The notes under the pieces: model-generated
The model's database searches: none
What the model was told of the DNA's origin: nothing
What the model saw: only the letters and a program-made list of their open reading frames with translations
In this document: positions 1 through 14,409 of the stretch, in pieces
Layout of the letters: each line of letters begins with the position of its first letter
How positions within the stretch are numbered: the first letter of the stretch is position 1
Program-made: the position numbers and the translations under genes
Origin: the human T2T-CHM13v2.0 reference genome, Homo sapiens
Reading direction: 5' to 3' (one strand)
DNA length: 64,000 nucleotides
Assembly (NCBI RefSeq): GCF_009914755.1
Contig: NC_060935.1

Positions 1-258
1 TCCTCCAATCCCAATACAGAAATTATAGACACACAGGGACCTATACAGTTGACCTTGGCCAACTCGTGCTCACGACAACATCTCAGCTTTGACACCGCTC
101 CCTCCAAGAAACCTGTTCTCTTCTCCCAAGTAAGAATTATATTCCTGGCATGTATAATCCTATAGTACTTGAGGTTCTCTTCTTTTATCCTTAATAACTT
201 TGTATCTTAATTGTGTGTTTACTAGCCTGTCTCCCCCACTGAACTATTAATGTGTAAA

Positions 259-1535
259 CGGAGGTAGATCCTAGTTTTGTGGAGCCTCAAGTACACCTAC
301 ATTTTTGGTAGAGATCTCTTTAATGAAAATAATTCAAAATTATAAATATAAATTTAGGTTAACAAGTAATTATTTATTTAGCAGGAGAAAAGAAATCCCA
401 TTAAATTCGAAATTTTAAAGTTTGACAAATATAAACATCTCCACGTACAGACTATTTAAATGCCTTTATACACTCTTACACAGACATACTTCTGAGCTTG
501 TCCATTTCAAACCTACTGTTTTTTCCATTATCCATATCCTCCCAGTGTCCAGCACCAACAGACATATTTATATTTTATATTGTATAAATGTTTATACATT
601 TATATTGTACAATGTTTATATTATACGACAGTTTATAAACTTGCGTCTCTTGATCAGGGAGCCTGGCAAGTATACACACTGGGCAGTAGAATTTCTAGAT
701 AGTATTTCTATCCTGAGGTAGCTAGTTGATATGGTTTGGATGTGTCCCCTCCAAATCTCATGTTGAAATGTGAACCTTCAATGTTGGAGGTGGGCCTAGT
801 GAGAGGTGTTTGTGCCACTGGGCTGGATCCCTCATGAATGGCTTGTGCTGTCCTTGCAGTAAGGAGTGAGTTCTTGGTCTATTAGTGCACGTGAAAGTGG
901 GTTGTTTAAAGCAAGCTGGCACATTCTTCTCTCTCTCTTGTCCCCTCTGTCTGCTCCCTTTTTGCCTTCCACCATGATTGCAAGCTTCCTGAGGCCCTTT
1001 ACCCGAAGCAGATGCTGGCACTGTGGCTCTTGTATAGTCTGCATGACTGTGAGCCAAATACACCTCTTTTCTGTACAAATTACCCAGCCTCATTTATTCC
1101 TTTATAGCAATGCCAAACAAACTAACACACTGGTCTTCAGTTAACATACACAGAAGTCACTGTGAACCACATGCATTTATCTTACTAAGTCCAAACCATA
1201 TCTTTGTATGTAAGAATTAAATTTCTGTGTATGCATGTATGTGTGTATGTATCTATTTATCTCTTGAACGCCAGTTCCCCTTTGGATCCCTAACGTTCTC
1301 CTGGGAACTCCAATGCCACTTTTTTTGAAAAACATTGTATGGTAGGAGAAAAGCTGGAGTACATAGGGACACAGGTTCAGATCAGTTACATTTAAAATAC
1401 ATTAATCTTGCAAATCCTACAAAAATATGTGACCATATGAATGCATTACTAAGTCTAAGCACTTTGAGCGGGCCTCTGCATATAAGGAACCCCAAAGCTT
1501 AAGTTTGACACTAGCTTTATAATAAATCTACTTTG
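259..1535 (+). mobile_element. hAT-type DNA transposon fossil with MER53-like termini, split by an MSTB LTR
   Basis: Left end 'ggaggtagatcctagttttgtggagcctcaag...tctctttaatgaaaataattcaaaatta' and right end 'gggcctctgcatataaggaaccccaaagcttaagtttg..tagctttataataaatctac' resemble the two ends of MER53 as recalled; the interior is longer than MER53 itself. Confidence 0.5.
727..1129 (+). mobile_element. MaLR solo LTR, MSTB-like
   Basis: Starts TGATATGGTTTGGATGTGTCCCCTCCAAATCTCATGTTGAAA, ends TTTATAGCAATGCCAAACAAACTAACACA; flanked by near-identical 5-bp TSD CTAGT (722-726)/CTGGT (1130-1134). Confidence 0.9.
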
Positions 1536-1992
1536 GGATACAAAAGAACAAATATATATCTTTTAAAATCCTTTATTCCTAGTCCTGTGCCTGACATGTA
1601 GTAGGCCTAAAAAACATAATTTATTAAGTGAATCATTCAAATTCAGTTATGTTTGAGTTTTGGTCATATCTTTATAACCCATGACTCGCTTAGTAATAAT
1701 AATAAAAGAGAAAGAAACGAAAGAGATAGTTGCGCACATTATGAGCGATGTGTTCAGATTAAAACGAAAGAAAACAATTTCAATTGGTGCTATGTGTATC
1801 ATCAGACTATTACTATTGTTATAAATATCCTAATTCTGTCCCTGAGTTTTCTTGAGAGGTCATTTTCCTCTCTATGATCTGGAGAGAATAGAGAATTTAG
1901 CTTTTGAAATACTTTTTCAGAAAGGAGTTACTAATATCGGGATTGTGAGACCAAACGTCATGAAAGGTAATAAAAATGAAGGGATCTATGCC

Positions 1993-2408
1993 TACAAACA
2001 GGTAGATGGATACACAGACTCTGGTATCCACACAATGGAATACTACTCCAGAAATAAAAAGGAATATACCACTGACACGTGCTGCAATACAGATGAGCCT
2101 TCAAATAATTATGCTGAGTTAAATAAGCCAGACAACAGAATACATTATTCCATTTTTGTAAAATCGTAAAAATTGCAAACAAATTTATGACAGAAAGTAA
2201 ATTAGGAGTTTCAAGAAGGGGGCACCATTGGATAGGAGCTATATTACAACAGGACAACAGGGAATTTTGGGGATGATGAGTGTGTTCATTATCTTCATTA
2301 TGGTGATGAGTTCATGAGTAAAAATCTATGTCACAACTGTCAAGTCACATATTTTAAATATGTCCAGTTTATTTTCTATCAATGATACCTTAGTAAAGCT
2401 GTTTAAAA
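1993..2408 (+). mobile_element. Old L1M (L1MC/L1ME-type) 3' end fragment
   Basis: 'acaatggaatactactcc..aataaaaaggaa' ORF2 end followed by an L1M 3'UTR ('ttttggggatgatgagtgtgttcattatcttcattatggtgatg...taaagctgtttaaaa'). Confidence 0.8.
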
Positions 2409-3849
2409 TGTCAAAGAGGCATGTATTTATTGTTGTGTTACCAAAATAAAAGTAATTAATCAGCATATTTTACCACAGGCCCTTGAAATTGTAGACCCGG
2501 ATATGTCCTGGACGTGTCTTCATTTGCCCAGATTTGTTAGTCTGCTTATGTAAGTCCTTACAGTGCTACACCAGCTCCTTAGTATCTTCTTAGATTTTTA
2601 AAGGGCATTGTTAGCAGAACATCCTTCTCAGCATCTCTAAAGAATCCCTATTTCTAAAGTGTGCTCATGGCCAAGAGGGATTTGACAAAGCAAATAATAG
2701 CCTATGTAATGAAAGAACAATCCTTATTCTAAAACAAATGCATGCAATTCCAAGACAAATTGATGGGATAAAACCCCATTGCCTTAGATCAACCTTTGAA
2801 CACATATGACACAAGGTCATTTTAAGTGAAAGAATACATGCTTTTTCAATAGAAAACCAAAGTAATTATCAGATTAGTCTCAAGGAAATTCCAGCTCTTT
2901 ATTAAACACCATGATATTTGCATTGGAGACCTCTGCAAAATTGACTTCAATCCCTTAAGATCTGGGGAGGGCTTTTATATGAATGATCTGCACCAGATAC
3001 TGGGGTCTGCATTGCCTCATTTTTACGCCATGTGGGATATTTGTTGAATGATTGCATGAAGAAATATTAGTAACTAAGAAACAGTATTAAAATAAATATA
3101 GCTTGACTTCTTTTAATTCATGTTCTTTTGGGAAAAAGTATTTACATGTAATTTCAAAACAACAGGAGATAGACACAACCAGGGCAGTTCAGTTGCATAT
3201 CCTAACAATAACTCTCATCTGTGTAATGCTTGTCTCAGTCAAGCATTATTTATTGTAAAATCAAGCATACTTATTGTAAAATCATGCCAGGTGATAAGTA
3301 AGGCAGGTATTAATTTTCACATTTTATTTTAGAAATAAATGACTCTCATATATTCACTACAGTTTCATATTCTTGAAATTTTGTTATAAATTGAGAAGTG
3401 AAATTTGTCCTTTATAGTCTTCCTTGGTCCATCATCCTCTGATAGCAACAACCTGCTACTTCTATACTTTTGCCTTTATCCTGTGCTGACACAGACAGGT
3501 TTAGACATTGGAGTGTTCTTCTTTCTTATGCTGCCCTTGACTTTCTGGGTTCCCCCAGCACTCGGTTCTTTCAAGGCTCCGTCTGAGCCTTTGTTTCAAG
3601 GATTGTATGGCATGTAATATGTTTCCACTGATGAGTTACCTCCTTATTGATTTTCTGACCCCTACTTTTGTAGGTTTAATTACTTCCCCTAAAGACAGAT
3701 ATAAGTAGTACTTAGTACATATTGCTTCTCTTGCCCTTTAAACATACAAATATTCTAATGAAAACATTATTATATATACATATATTGTTCCCCAACTAGA
3801 TTCTGAGTTTCTCCACATTGGACTAAAATAATTTACAACTGTTAGGAAT

Positions 3850-4080
3850 TTCCTGGAGTTAGGCTGACCTCAGTTTGAGTGTTATGTTACCTCTAACACT
3901 AGGAATCTGGTTTTAGTGAATTTGCTTAATCCTTTACTGTCTCCTTGTTTTTTTCATGTATAAAATACAAATTATGATATCTGGCTTGCTGGGATGTGGT
4001 AAAGACTACATCATAAAATAATGTCTGTAAGGCATACCTGGCACATAATATATGTTCAATAAATGATAACTAATTTTAAT
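3850..4080 (+). mobile_element. MIR SINE
   Basis: Degenerate MIR core: 'ttgcttaatcctttactgtctccttgtttttttcatgtataaaat...cctggcacataata..ttcaataaatg'. Confidence 0.65.
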
Positions 4081-5494
4081 GTTGTTTTGCTATTATTGCT
4101 TTAAAAGTGACAGTTGATACCCAGGAAATCAAAATGCGTTTTTTAAAAGCTTTCAGTTACTCCCCAAGTGGTAACTCCTTGCAGATTTTCAGGCAGAAGA
4201 ATATAGCAGAGATCATGGAACAATATTTCTGAAAGCAAACTGACCCTCACAAACATATTGGCTTGATCTGACAGACCTAGCCATAGTGCAAATGAAGAGA
4301 ATTGAAGCCGGAATGAGCTATCTGGGGTCCTCTGAGGCATCAAGTCCACAGGAGATAATGAAAACATACATCACTCGTAACCTTTTAGGCCAACTGGGCT
4401 ATTGAACTTAACAGGAGCATAATGGCTTTCCTGGTGTCAGAAATTCTCCACCCCTGCCTACAGGTAGTTCATCAAATTGCTCCGTGCTTATTGCTTCAAT
4501 CTGCATTGAGCTTTAATACGCCCTAAAAGCCTGAATCCCTTCCCTCAGAACTTTCAAGCCTCAGAAAATTGTTGTGCCTGTCTGCTGTACTCACTAAATG
4601 ACAAAGACCCTGAAAGTTGAAAATAAAGCCTGTTACACTATAGAAGGAAAAAAAAAAAAAAGACAGAAGGGAAGGCATGTTAAAAATAAACAGTTTCAAA
4701 GATTTCATGAAAAAAAAGTCAATGCAATTTGCAACTTCATTTGTTCCAGTGACAAGCTGATAAAATGTTGGTGGTACAAATGCATCAGAAAATTTGACAC
4801 AAATTGAAAGTGACTACACATTCTATTATCCCCAATTCCCTTGGTCATGGAAAATGATTGTTAAAGACAGTTTCTAATATGTCTTAGAAGCATGAGGCTG
4901 TCTATGGGAAATAATACCCTCGATTATCAGGAAAGATAAGCATTCTAAAGGAAGCAAGGGCTACAGTAATTCTATGATCCAAACCTCACTATTCTGACTA
5001 CTGGCTGTGCAAACACTTTCATTAAGCAATATTAAAATAAGCAAAGAAAATTGCTACCAGTGGAACACATTTAAAAATTGGGTATAGAAGTGACTCATGG
5101 GGCAGTGAGTCATTAACAAAAAAGGCAATGTGGTCAGTCAATAATTAAACCTTGCCAAGATATTTATTGAGATTTTCCTAAAGAGTCTTTCCATATATTT
5201 ATATGGTATTCTATTCATGGAAAGCAATTATTTAAGAGAAAATTTTAAAATATGACATCAAATCATTTTTTTTTCTAGAAAGTTTTGAAAGAAACGGGAG
5301 TATAATTAGAATCTATTATGTGGTCTTTTGAATTAATTTCATTATTTTAGAATGTGGCTTTGTGACATTAGTATTGTATGTCTCATGCAAAGAATAATTA
5401 TACAATGTAACAATCAAAGCACCTAGAAGCTTAATAGTTGGAAAAGATAAAAGGATACGAAATGCTTATGATAATACTTAAAATAATATCATAT

Positions 5495-5650
5495 GAGAGT
5501 GCTTCTTTTCTTTATTTTACAGTTGGAAAAATTGATCTCAGAGAAATTAAAGCTACTTCCCAAGGCCATCCAACTGATAGGTGGTAAAGGTGGAATTTGG
5601 ATTTAAGTCAACTTCACTTGAAACACTTAATTATTTCTTCTGTGCCATCC
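5495..5650 (-). mobile_element. MIR SINE
   Basis: 'attttacagttggaaaaattgatctcagagaaattaaagctacttcccaaggcc' is the reverse MIR core. Confidence 0.7.
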
Positions 5651-6074
5651 TCTTTCTATAGATTTCCAGTCCTGTATTTTATTCAATTCTGAATATATCT
5701 GCTTTATAGCATTCTTCAAAATCATATAGTAATTCAAAGAATATCTTCAGATTCATTGATTTGAAAAGTTCACTCACTCAAGTCATTCAAAAACATTTAC
5801 TGAGAACTTACTAGTGCTTAAGTGTCCTTCTTGGATATTCACCAATGATCATAATAACAATAATAACAGGATTAGAACTCTTTCACTTGCAAGTAGGAGA
5901 AACCCAATCTGGACTAACTTCAGCAGCACAAAGAGATGTGTTGATGAGATACTGGAGATGTTTCCATGAGGAAAGAAAGTGCCATAGGAGTCAGGGCAGC
6001 TTTGGGGCTCTAAGAGATTTGTTTCTGTGCTTTTTCTAACCATGACTCTACTCTTAGTCTTCATCTCTCCTTTT

Positions 6075-6440
6075 CACTTCTGTTTGGGAGTACTGCTATA
6101 ACAGACTACCATAGACTGAGTAATTTATGATGAAAATAAGTTTATTAGCTCATGGTTCTGGATGCTGGGAAGTTTAAGATTGAGGGGCTGGCATCTTGCA
6201 AGGACCTTCTTGCTGCATCCTTCCATGGCTGAAGGGCAAAGAAAGAACAAGAGGAAGACAGAAAACGAGACCAGGCTTGCCCTTTTATAATGAACCTACA
6301 CATGTGGTAACAGCATTAATCTATTCACTCTGTCCTCCCATCCTAATCACCTCTCATTAGGCCCCACCTCCCAACACTGTTTCACTGGGGATTAAGTTTC
6401 CAATGCATGCCTTTATAGGGGACATATTCAAATCATAGAA
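6075..6440 (-). mobile_element. MaLR solo LTR (MSTC/MSTD-like)
   Basis: 'tgctataacagactaccatagactgagtaatttat...gctcatggttctggatgctgggaagt...taatcacctctcattaggccccacctcccaacactg...ggattaagtttccaa' matches MST-family LTRs in reverse. Confidence 0.85.
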
Positions 6441-6885
6441 CTATATAACAGGCATTATTCTGGACATTTTATATGTGTTATATTATTAAATCTTCACAAT
6501 AATCATATGAAATAAGTTACATTTTTATCCCCAATAAACATTAGCTAATTAAGGTTTAGAGATGGTAAATTGCTCAAGGAAGTATAGTCAGCAACTAGGT
6601 AAGGCTGGATTGACACAATGTATGACTGATCTAGGTCTTACAACCGTTCTATGCTGCCTCCAGTTTGGGAAACTTAGTACCTTTGGGCTACTATAACAAA
6701 ATATCACAAACTGAGTAGCTTTAAAAAAGCTCTTACTTCTCATAGCTCTGAAGGTAAGAAAGTTCAAGATCAAGCCAGCAGATTCAGTGTCTAGTCAGGC
6801 CTACTTTCTTCATAGATGGCTGTCTTCATGTGTCAGAAGGGCTGTGTCCTCATGTGATGGAAAGGTTACAGGAGTTCTCTGGGCT

Positions 6886-7290
<405 letters not shown>

Positions 7291-7319
7291 TCTTTTTTAT
7301 TTAAATTAATTTAATTAAC

Positions 7320-7490
7320 TATTATTTCTTTTTTTAGAGACCGAAACTTGCTGTATTGTTCAGGCTGGATTGCAGTGGCTATTCATAGGGGCAATTATAG
7401 CACACTGTGGTCTGGAACTCCTGGGCTCCAGTGATCCTCCCACCTTACCCTCTTAAGTAGCTCAGACTACTACAACAACAAGCCACTGTT
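7320..7490 (-). mobile_element. FAM (fossil Alu monomer, 7SL-derived)
   Basis: Contains the FAM/7SL-specific 'gcagtggctattcataggggcaattatagcacactg' segment that dimeric Alus lack. Confidence 0.8.
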
Positions 7491-8149
7491 TTCAAACTCT
7501 AGGGTCTCTTCTATAGGGTCACTAATTTCATTTATGAGGCAACACCATTATGACCTAATAACCTCCTAAAGTCCCCACTGGGAATTAGAATATCAGTATA
7601 TGATTTTGGGCATATTCAATCTGCAACAGAACCATTTTTATTTTGTTAACCATTACTATACATGATGTGGTTTGTAGGTCCAGGGTGCCCTATTTTGTTA
7701 ATATTTTAGTACTTAACATCCTGAAAATACAGGATTTTGAAGCAAATGTCCTATATCAGATGTATCTGAGTAAAAGTATCATACCTATAATTTAGGCCCT
7801 TAATCATTTAAGGAAGCCACTGAATTAATTTAAAACAAATACTAGCATCAACATAGTTAATCCTGTTTATGCTTTGGGTCAAATATAATACTCAAAACTT
7901 TTCTTATAGCCTGATGCGAAAGCAGGGGTTTATCTCTTTTTGAAATTAAACACTTGATACTTTCTACCTTTATCCCCTATGCTGAGTTTTATGTGTATTT
8001 ATTCCTAGCTTAGTTTTTTTTTCTTGATTTTGATAATGTCATTGGCAAATACGTTGAAATATGATCCCTTCATTTATTGTATTAAATATTATCAAATCAC
8101 TTACCACATTAGAGACCACATGTTACTTATTTAATTTTTTGCTGTTTTT

Positions 8150-8310
8150 TAATGTTTGTTTCACCATTAAATAATAAATTTTCCAAACGTAGGGACCATG
8201 TCCACTTCATTCCCCATTGAATCCTCAGTGACTAGCTAAGTGTTTGGTACAATAGTCAACCAATAAGAAACTTGATTAAATAGATGAATCTACTGACATT
8301 TTAATATATA
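8150..8310 (+). mobile_element. L2 3' end fragment
   Basis: 'agggaccatgtcc...atcctcagtgactagctaagtgtttggtacaatagt..caataa..ttgattaaatagatgaat' resembles the L2 terminus. Confidence 0.6.
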
Positions 8311-8743
8311 AAGCATACTTTTATATAATTTGAAATCAAATTATGTTGTTATTACAATAAAACAAAATACTTTTGTTTTGTATTTAAGATACAACTCTAC
8401 AGCAGGTGATATTTGATGTTTCCCCACCTTTAGCTCCTGTGTCAGGTGGAAACATGTTCAGATTTCTTCCTGTCACCCTGTATTTGTTCAGTGTGGGCTT
8501 ATATTGTCCAAACTTCTCCTTTTATACTGGGTAAACTCCTATTCTCTCATTTCAAATTTTTTCTATTATCACACCATATGTAAATCTATTTTGCCCTCTT
8601 CAAGGTAGATTCTTCTCCACTTGTGTTTCTACGGTTCGATTCAATTATTGTCCTTATCATTTTTCAGCTATTATTTGTTTAAATGCTTGTACCTTGGAAG
8701 ATGAAATCTGTCTCTAAATCCATCTTTGTATTCCTTGAAATGA

Positions 8744-8774
<31 letters not shown>

Positions 8775-8910
8775 ATTTTTTTTTTTTGAGAAGGAGTTTG
8801 GCTCTTGTTGCCCAGGCTGGAGTGCAATGGAGACGATCTTGGCTCACTGCAACCTCTGCCTCTCGGGTTCAAGCGATTCTCCTGCCTCAGCCTCCCGAGT
8901 AGCTGAGATT
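8744..8910 (-). mobile_element. 5'-truncated Alu (right arm only) with adjacent (TA)n
   Basis: (TA)n at 8744-8770, a T-tract, then Alu right arm ending at 'gtagctgagatt'; flanked by degenerate repeat ttgaaatgaatat / ttgaaactaatat. Confidence 0.88.
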
Positions 8911-9549
8911 GAAACTAATATTAATAGAGAACCTGGAACATAGTAGCTATTATCATGTCCATCATTATTATGATCATGAGAACCCTATGTTCTTGTGAAA
9001 TTTATCTGTAAACTCTGTACCCGAGGTCCTACCACAGAACCACATTCTGAGGATGGCAATGATTCTGATGCTGGTGGTGTTTAAGCTGCTTGGGAGCTGA
9101 CAAAACACAATTCCTGAGAAAAAGCCAGTATGCTGAAGCAAAGACAGAATTGTTCAAAAATGAAGAAATTCGGTGTGGGGGGAGCAGAGAGGAGGACTAT
9201 TGAGGAAATAAAGAAATAACTGATAGGAGAATATATTTTTCAACATGTACAAATGTTTCCATTCAAAACTTACATTCTAGTGTGAGTTTCCCTGGCAGAT
9301 CAAGTGCTCATCTTATATATATATATTTTTTCCATTTTCTCTTTCAGATTACTTCCCAGATTTTCAACACCATCTATCCTCCTCTCTGTCTGCCAAGCCT
9401 TTTATTTGATATTTAGCATATGACATTAACTCCATGGCTAATTGACTTCATAAGACATAACCAAAATGAGGTGTATTTTTCTAATGAAAGACCACATTTG
9501 AAAATGCAAAATAAGATAACCTATAATAACAATGACTCATATCTGGGGA

Positions 9550-9730
9550 AGCAGCTAGGGCTCTGAAATCATAATAACTTTGGCTCAAATTCTGCCTATT
9601 ACTCACTTTTGAGCTTCAGTTTCTCATCTATATGACTGAATAATACCTACTTCACATGGTGATTGAGTAAAAGAAATAAAATAACATATACAGAGTGTCT
9701 GGCCAATATGTGCTCAATAAATAGGTATTA
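9550..9730 (+). mobile_element. MIR SINE
   Basis: 'gggctctgaaatc..ttggctcaaattctgcc...tgagcttcagtttctcatctata...taatacctacttcac...tgctcaataaat'. Confidence 0.75.
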
Positions 9731-12136
9731 AATTCAGTTGAATTAAAAGAAAATTGTATGTTCCTTATTTAATTCATTTTATTCAAGTATATCCCATTTT
9801 ATAATTTTAAGGAACTTAATCGATTTAAAGAAGTAGATTAATCTGTCCAAGGTTGTCAAGTAATAACTGGAACAATCAGAATTAGAATGCACAAAGAACA
9901 AAGGAAAAGATATTTAAAGGGAGGTACTGTAACAACTACCAAGTCAGAAAGATTCTTGAGAATGTAGATGATATAATGTATTTTTGTCCCTGTAAATAGT
10001 GAATAACAATAAATTAATAAACATTTGACAAATAATAAATCATACTGGATTTCAAGCAGGGCTTGACCAACTCTTATCTCCTTAATCACCTGTATTAAAA
10101 CAAATGCATGGCTTTGCTCAGTTGACATGCTCACTGATATAAATGAAGACCTGAGAGCTATTGCTTAATGCATGGAAGGCATTATTAATCTCTTTGGAAC
10201 TTCAGGGGGGTTTTGGAAGAGAAATTTGATGGAGTTTTGTGAACTACTGTGAATAATCCTAGATTTCAGAGAAAAAATAATCAAAACCAAAATGATCTCA
10301 GACAAGTGAGACAGTGGCTTCATAATTCCATCCCACTCAATAAGTCTTTTTTCTAACATTCATTAAAAATCTGAAGATTTCAGAGGAGTTTACGCTTTAT
10401 TCTGGACAATTAAGCCCATATGCAACAGGTATTTATTGAAGAAGGATTAACAAAGTCCTAGATATTTATGTAGCTGTGATCCTGGAAGCAAGTGCAGAGA
10501 CAGGAAGTTCTTTTTTTCCCCCTTATTTTTACAGTAAGGAAAGCCTGAGGCACTTTTCAATGAAGCTCCTCTAGGCAACGCTAAGGGCCTGCCTTACTCC
10601 TGAGCATACTCAGCCAGTGAAGATGAGCAGGAGGTGATGAAACTGGAGAAGATTAAAAGCATCACAATTGCAGCCCTGCTTTAACCCTCATTCAATCAAG
10701 GAGCATCTAGTAAACAAGATTCAGAACACACAGGCCCTCAGGTCAGACCCTCTGATCAGCTGACCAAGCACACATGCCCACAACTGTACCTAGCAGCCTG
10801 GAAAATCACACCTGAGGCAGGGTCAGCCACCTTCGTCAAAGGAGGAAAGGCTTTTCTGCTCTGGGGCCTACAGAGCTGTTTCAGGAATCGTGTCCGGAGA
10901 CCTCGGGACACAGTGATAATCATCTCATGAATTTGGAAATTTGATCTGGAAAGGGCTTTGGGGATTATCTGTACACTCTGCTTCTTGTACACATGGGAGG
11001 GGCCTTTGTGAAGTGTCTAAGTTACAGTTTCGAGAGTCAGGACCATAAGCACATCTCCTAACCTTTGATACATATTGCTGCATCTCAGGACAAAATTAAA
11101 TAAATGATCTTTGGGACAAGTTATTGATTCCCAATAACCTATGACACTTTTCAGTATCTCTTATAGATAAAGTTAAACTCCAGGTTTCACAAATAGCCAG
11201 CTCAGTACTTGTGTGGATAAGTGGGGTACCCATAAAAACGCAAGTTCTTCAGAGATTGTGCTCTTGGTGCCTATGCTAATCTGGGAATTTTAATACTTTA
11301 TTACTAAAAAGTAAAAGACAACATATCAGAAGTGCCTAGCTAACAGGGCAACGTCTGACACATCTTGGCACTGAATAATAATAATAGTTAGAATGTTTAG
11401 CATATTCCTTTTGCAACAGCATTAGTTCCTTTGCTCATTTTTGTGCCTCATCCTTTCACTGTCCGCACAGAAGCCCCCATGGCTCCTTTCAAATTTACCT
11501 ATTACAAATTTGCTCTTGGTTCAGTCACTCTGCAGATATTTAGCTGTCCAGAAACCTAGCTTCCAGGGATGTCCCTTCATCTCTGGTACTGTTCATCTTC
11601 CATTCACCCTGACTCTTCTCCTTCTACATGGATGCATGTGTGTTTTTCTCTGCATCCTATTTTGAAACTGAGTAGCCTTTTCGTTTTAGGGATCTGAAGA
11701 TGTTAGGACAGAAATCATTACTATTAATACATAATGAAATGATTCCTGTTTGACCATCAAAAATAGTCATCTTAAATTGAAACCAAAAGCCTAATAAACT
11801 CTAAAAATATGTATTATAAGAAAAAGAAAAAAATATATTTTCCAGACTGGCAAACACATAAACAAATCTCTTCAGCTTAAAAAAAGAGGTTACCAAAATT
11901 TATGTCAGAAGAAGGAATGTTCTTACTGAATCCCTGAATTAGAGTCCTGGCTCTTAGTTTCTGATGGAAACAGGAGGGCAGAACAGGCCAATTCACTTCA
12001 CCCAGCCGATGTTCCTTCACCTGTGAAATGAAACTAATCAATGTCCCCTGCCAGTCCTGAGGTAAGGAGTCATTAATAAAGGCACACAGCAACAAATATT
12101 CACATTCATGGATCCTTAGTATGTCCAGTATCTTAA

Positions 12137-12526
<390 letters not shown>

Positions 12527-13504
12527 TAGGCTAAGACAAAGTTCAGATGTGATGCTATATGCGCTGATTACTTTTTGATCAAATAATGCCATGGAATGTC
12601 ATTTATTTGTTATTATTATTATCCCTTCAAAAAGTAAGTGAATACAATATTTGCAAAGAGCTATGTTTGGCTTTCATCAACGAAATGAAGCTGTCCTTCT
12701 GTGCCCATCTCTTTTCTTGAATTACAAGGCTTTGCAAATGTACTGTCTACACCTGCAGACTCTGCTCATGTATGCCTCTTTCCCTACTCATGCACTTACA
12801 ATCTTCGTCTTATCCCCAAAACTCTTCAAAAAGGAAGGATAAAACAAATCATGTTTCTGTTCAAACCAAAAGGAGGCCAGAAATTGCATCACTATCTAAT
12901 TCACTGGAAAATGTCTCTCCCTCTCTCCCTTTTCCCCTAATTTCATACCTCATTTTCATTTCCTATTCTGTGATGAGAATCTTCTTAGATAAAATCAATA
13001 TAAAATTCGAGTGAATGGATATCAGCTTCACTCTGGGGGAAAATGACATTAGTTCACTATACCAACTCAAAAAAAACCCTAAGGGTTTTGAGGACTGAGT
13101 TAGCTTAATCTTGAATATACTCCACACATCTTTATCAAGCACTGCTAAAGTCCTGGGCGTAAATTATTCAATAAGAAAGATGCATTTTCTATTCTTATGT
13201 GATCACACATTAGCAGACAAGACAGCTTGTCTATGTCATTTAAGGATGGGGATGGAAAGTATGAGCTTGTGTCTTGTTTCACTTACTTGACAGTAGAAAT
13301 AGTAGCCGTAGTCATGGTTGTTATACTAATAACTAACCTTTATTGATGTTTCCTACAGGCCAGGCATTGATCTACCCACCTTGAAGGTATAAACTCATTT
13401 AATTACTGTTCTAAATTACAAAATTTGCCACATACTGTTTTCACTGTTCGGTATTTTTTTATGTATCCATATTAATGGGTAAGACAGCTGGGCATTCAAG
13501 GAAT

Positions 13505-14409
13505 ATTAGAATATCCAAAATCAAAAAGGAACTTAAACAAATTTGCAATCAAAAAATAAACAACATCATTAAAAAGTGGGCAAAGGACATGAACAGATGC
13601 TTTTCAAAAGAAGACATACATGCAGCCAACAAGCATATGAAAAAAATGTTCAACATCACTAATCATTAGAGCAATGCAAATTAAAACCACAATGAGATAC
13701 CAGCTCATATCAGTCAGAATGGTTATTATTAGAAAGTCAAAAATAACAGATGCTGATGAGATTGTGGAGAAAAGGGAACACTTAAACACTGAATTAATAT
13801 GAATTAATTCAGTCATTGTGGAAAGCAGTTTGGTGATTCCTCAAAGTCCTGAAGACAGAAATACCATTCAACCCAGCAATCTCACTACTTGGTATATAGC
13901 CAAAGGAATAGAAATCACTCTACCATAAAGAAACATGCACACACATGTTCATTGCAGCACTGTTCGCAATAGCAAAGACATGAAATCAACCCAAATGTCC
14001 ATCAATGGTAGAGTAGATAAAGAAAATGTGGTACATATATACCATGGGATACTATGCAGCCATAAAAAAGAATGAAAACATGTCCTTCACAACTACATGG
14101 ATGCAGCTGGAGGCCATTATCCTAAGCAAACTAACATGACAAGAGAAAACCAAATGCCATATGTTCTAACTTATAAGTGGTAGCTAAATACTGAGTACAT
14201 ATGAATGCAAAGAAAGGAAAAACAAACACTGGGGCCTACTTGAGGGTAGAAGGTGGGAGGAGGGTGAGAATCAAAAAAGAACCTATTGGGTACTATGCTT
14301 ACTACCTGGGTGACAAAACAATCTGTACACCAAACCCCTACGATATACAACTTAGCTATATAAAAAACCTGCACATGTACACCTGAATCTAAAATAAAGT
14401 TATAAAAAA
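13505..14409 (+). mobile_element. 5'-truncated L1 (L1PA15/16-like): ORF2 C-terminus and 3'UTR
   Basis: 'KKWAKDMNRCFSKEDI' ORF2 peptide in the ORF track; 3'UTR 'ggggcctacttgagggtagaaggtgggaggagggtgagaatc...aacctgcacatgtacacctgaatctaaaataaagtt'. Confidence 0.93.

Noticed and set aside
7320-7490. 7SL RNA gene
   Set aside because: It lacks most of the S domain, is heavily diverged and has an A-rich tail; it is a FAM retroposon.
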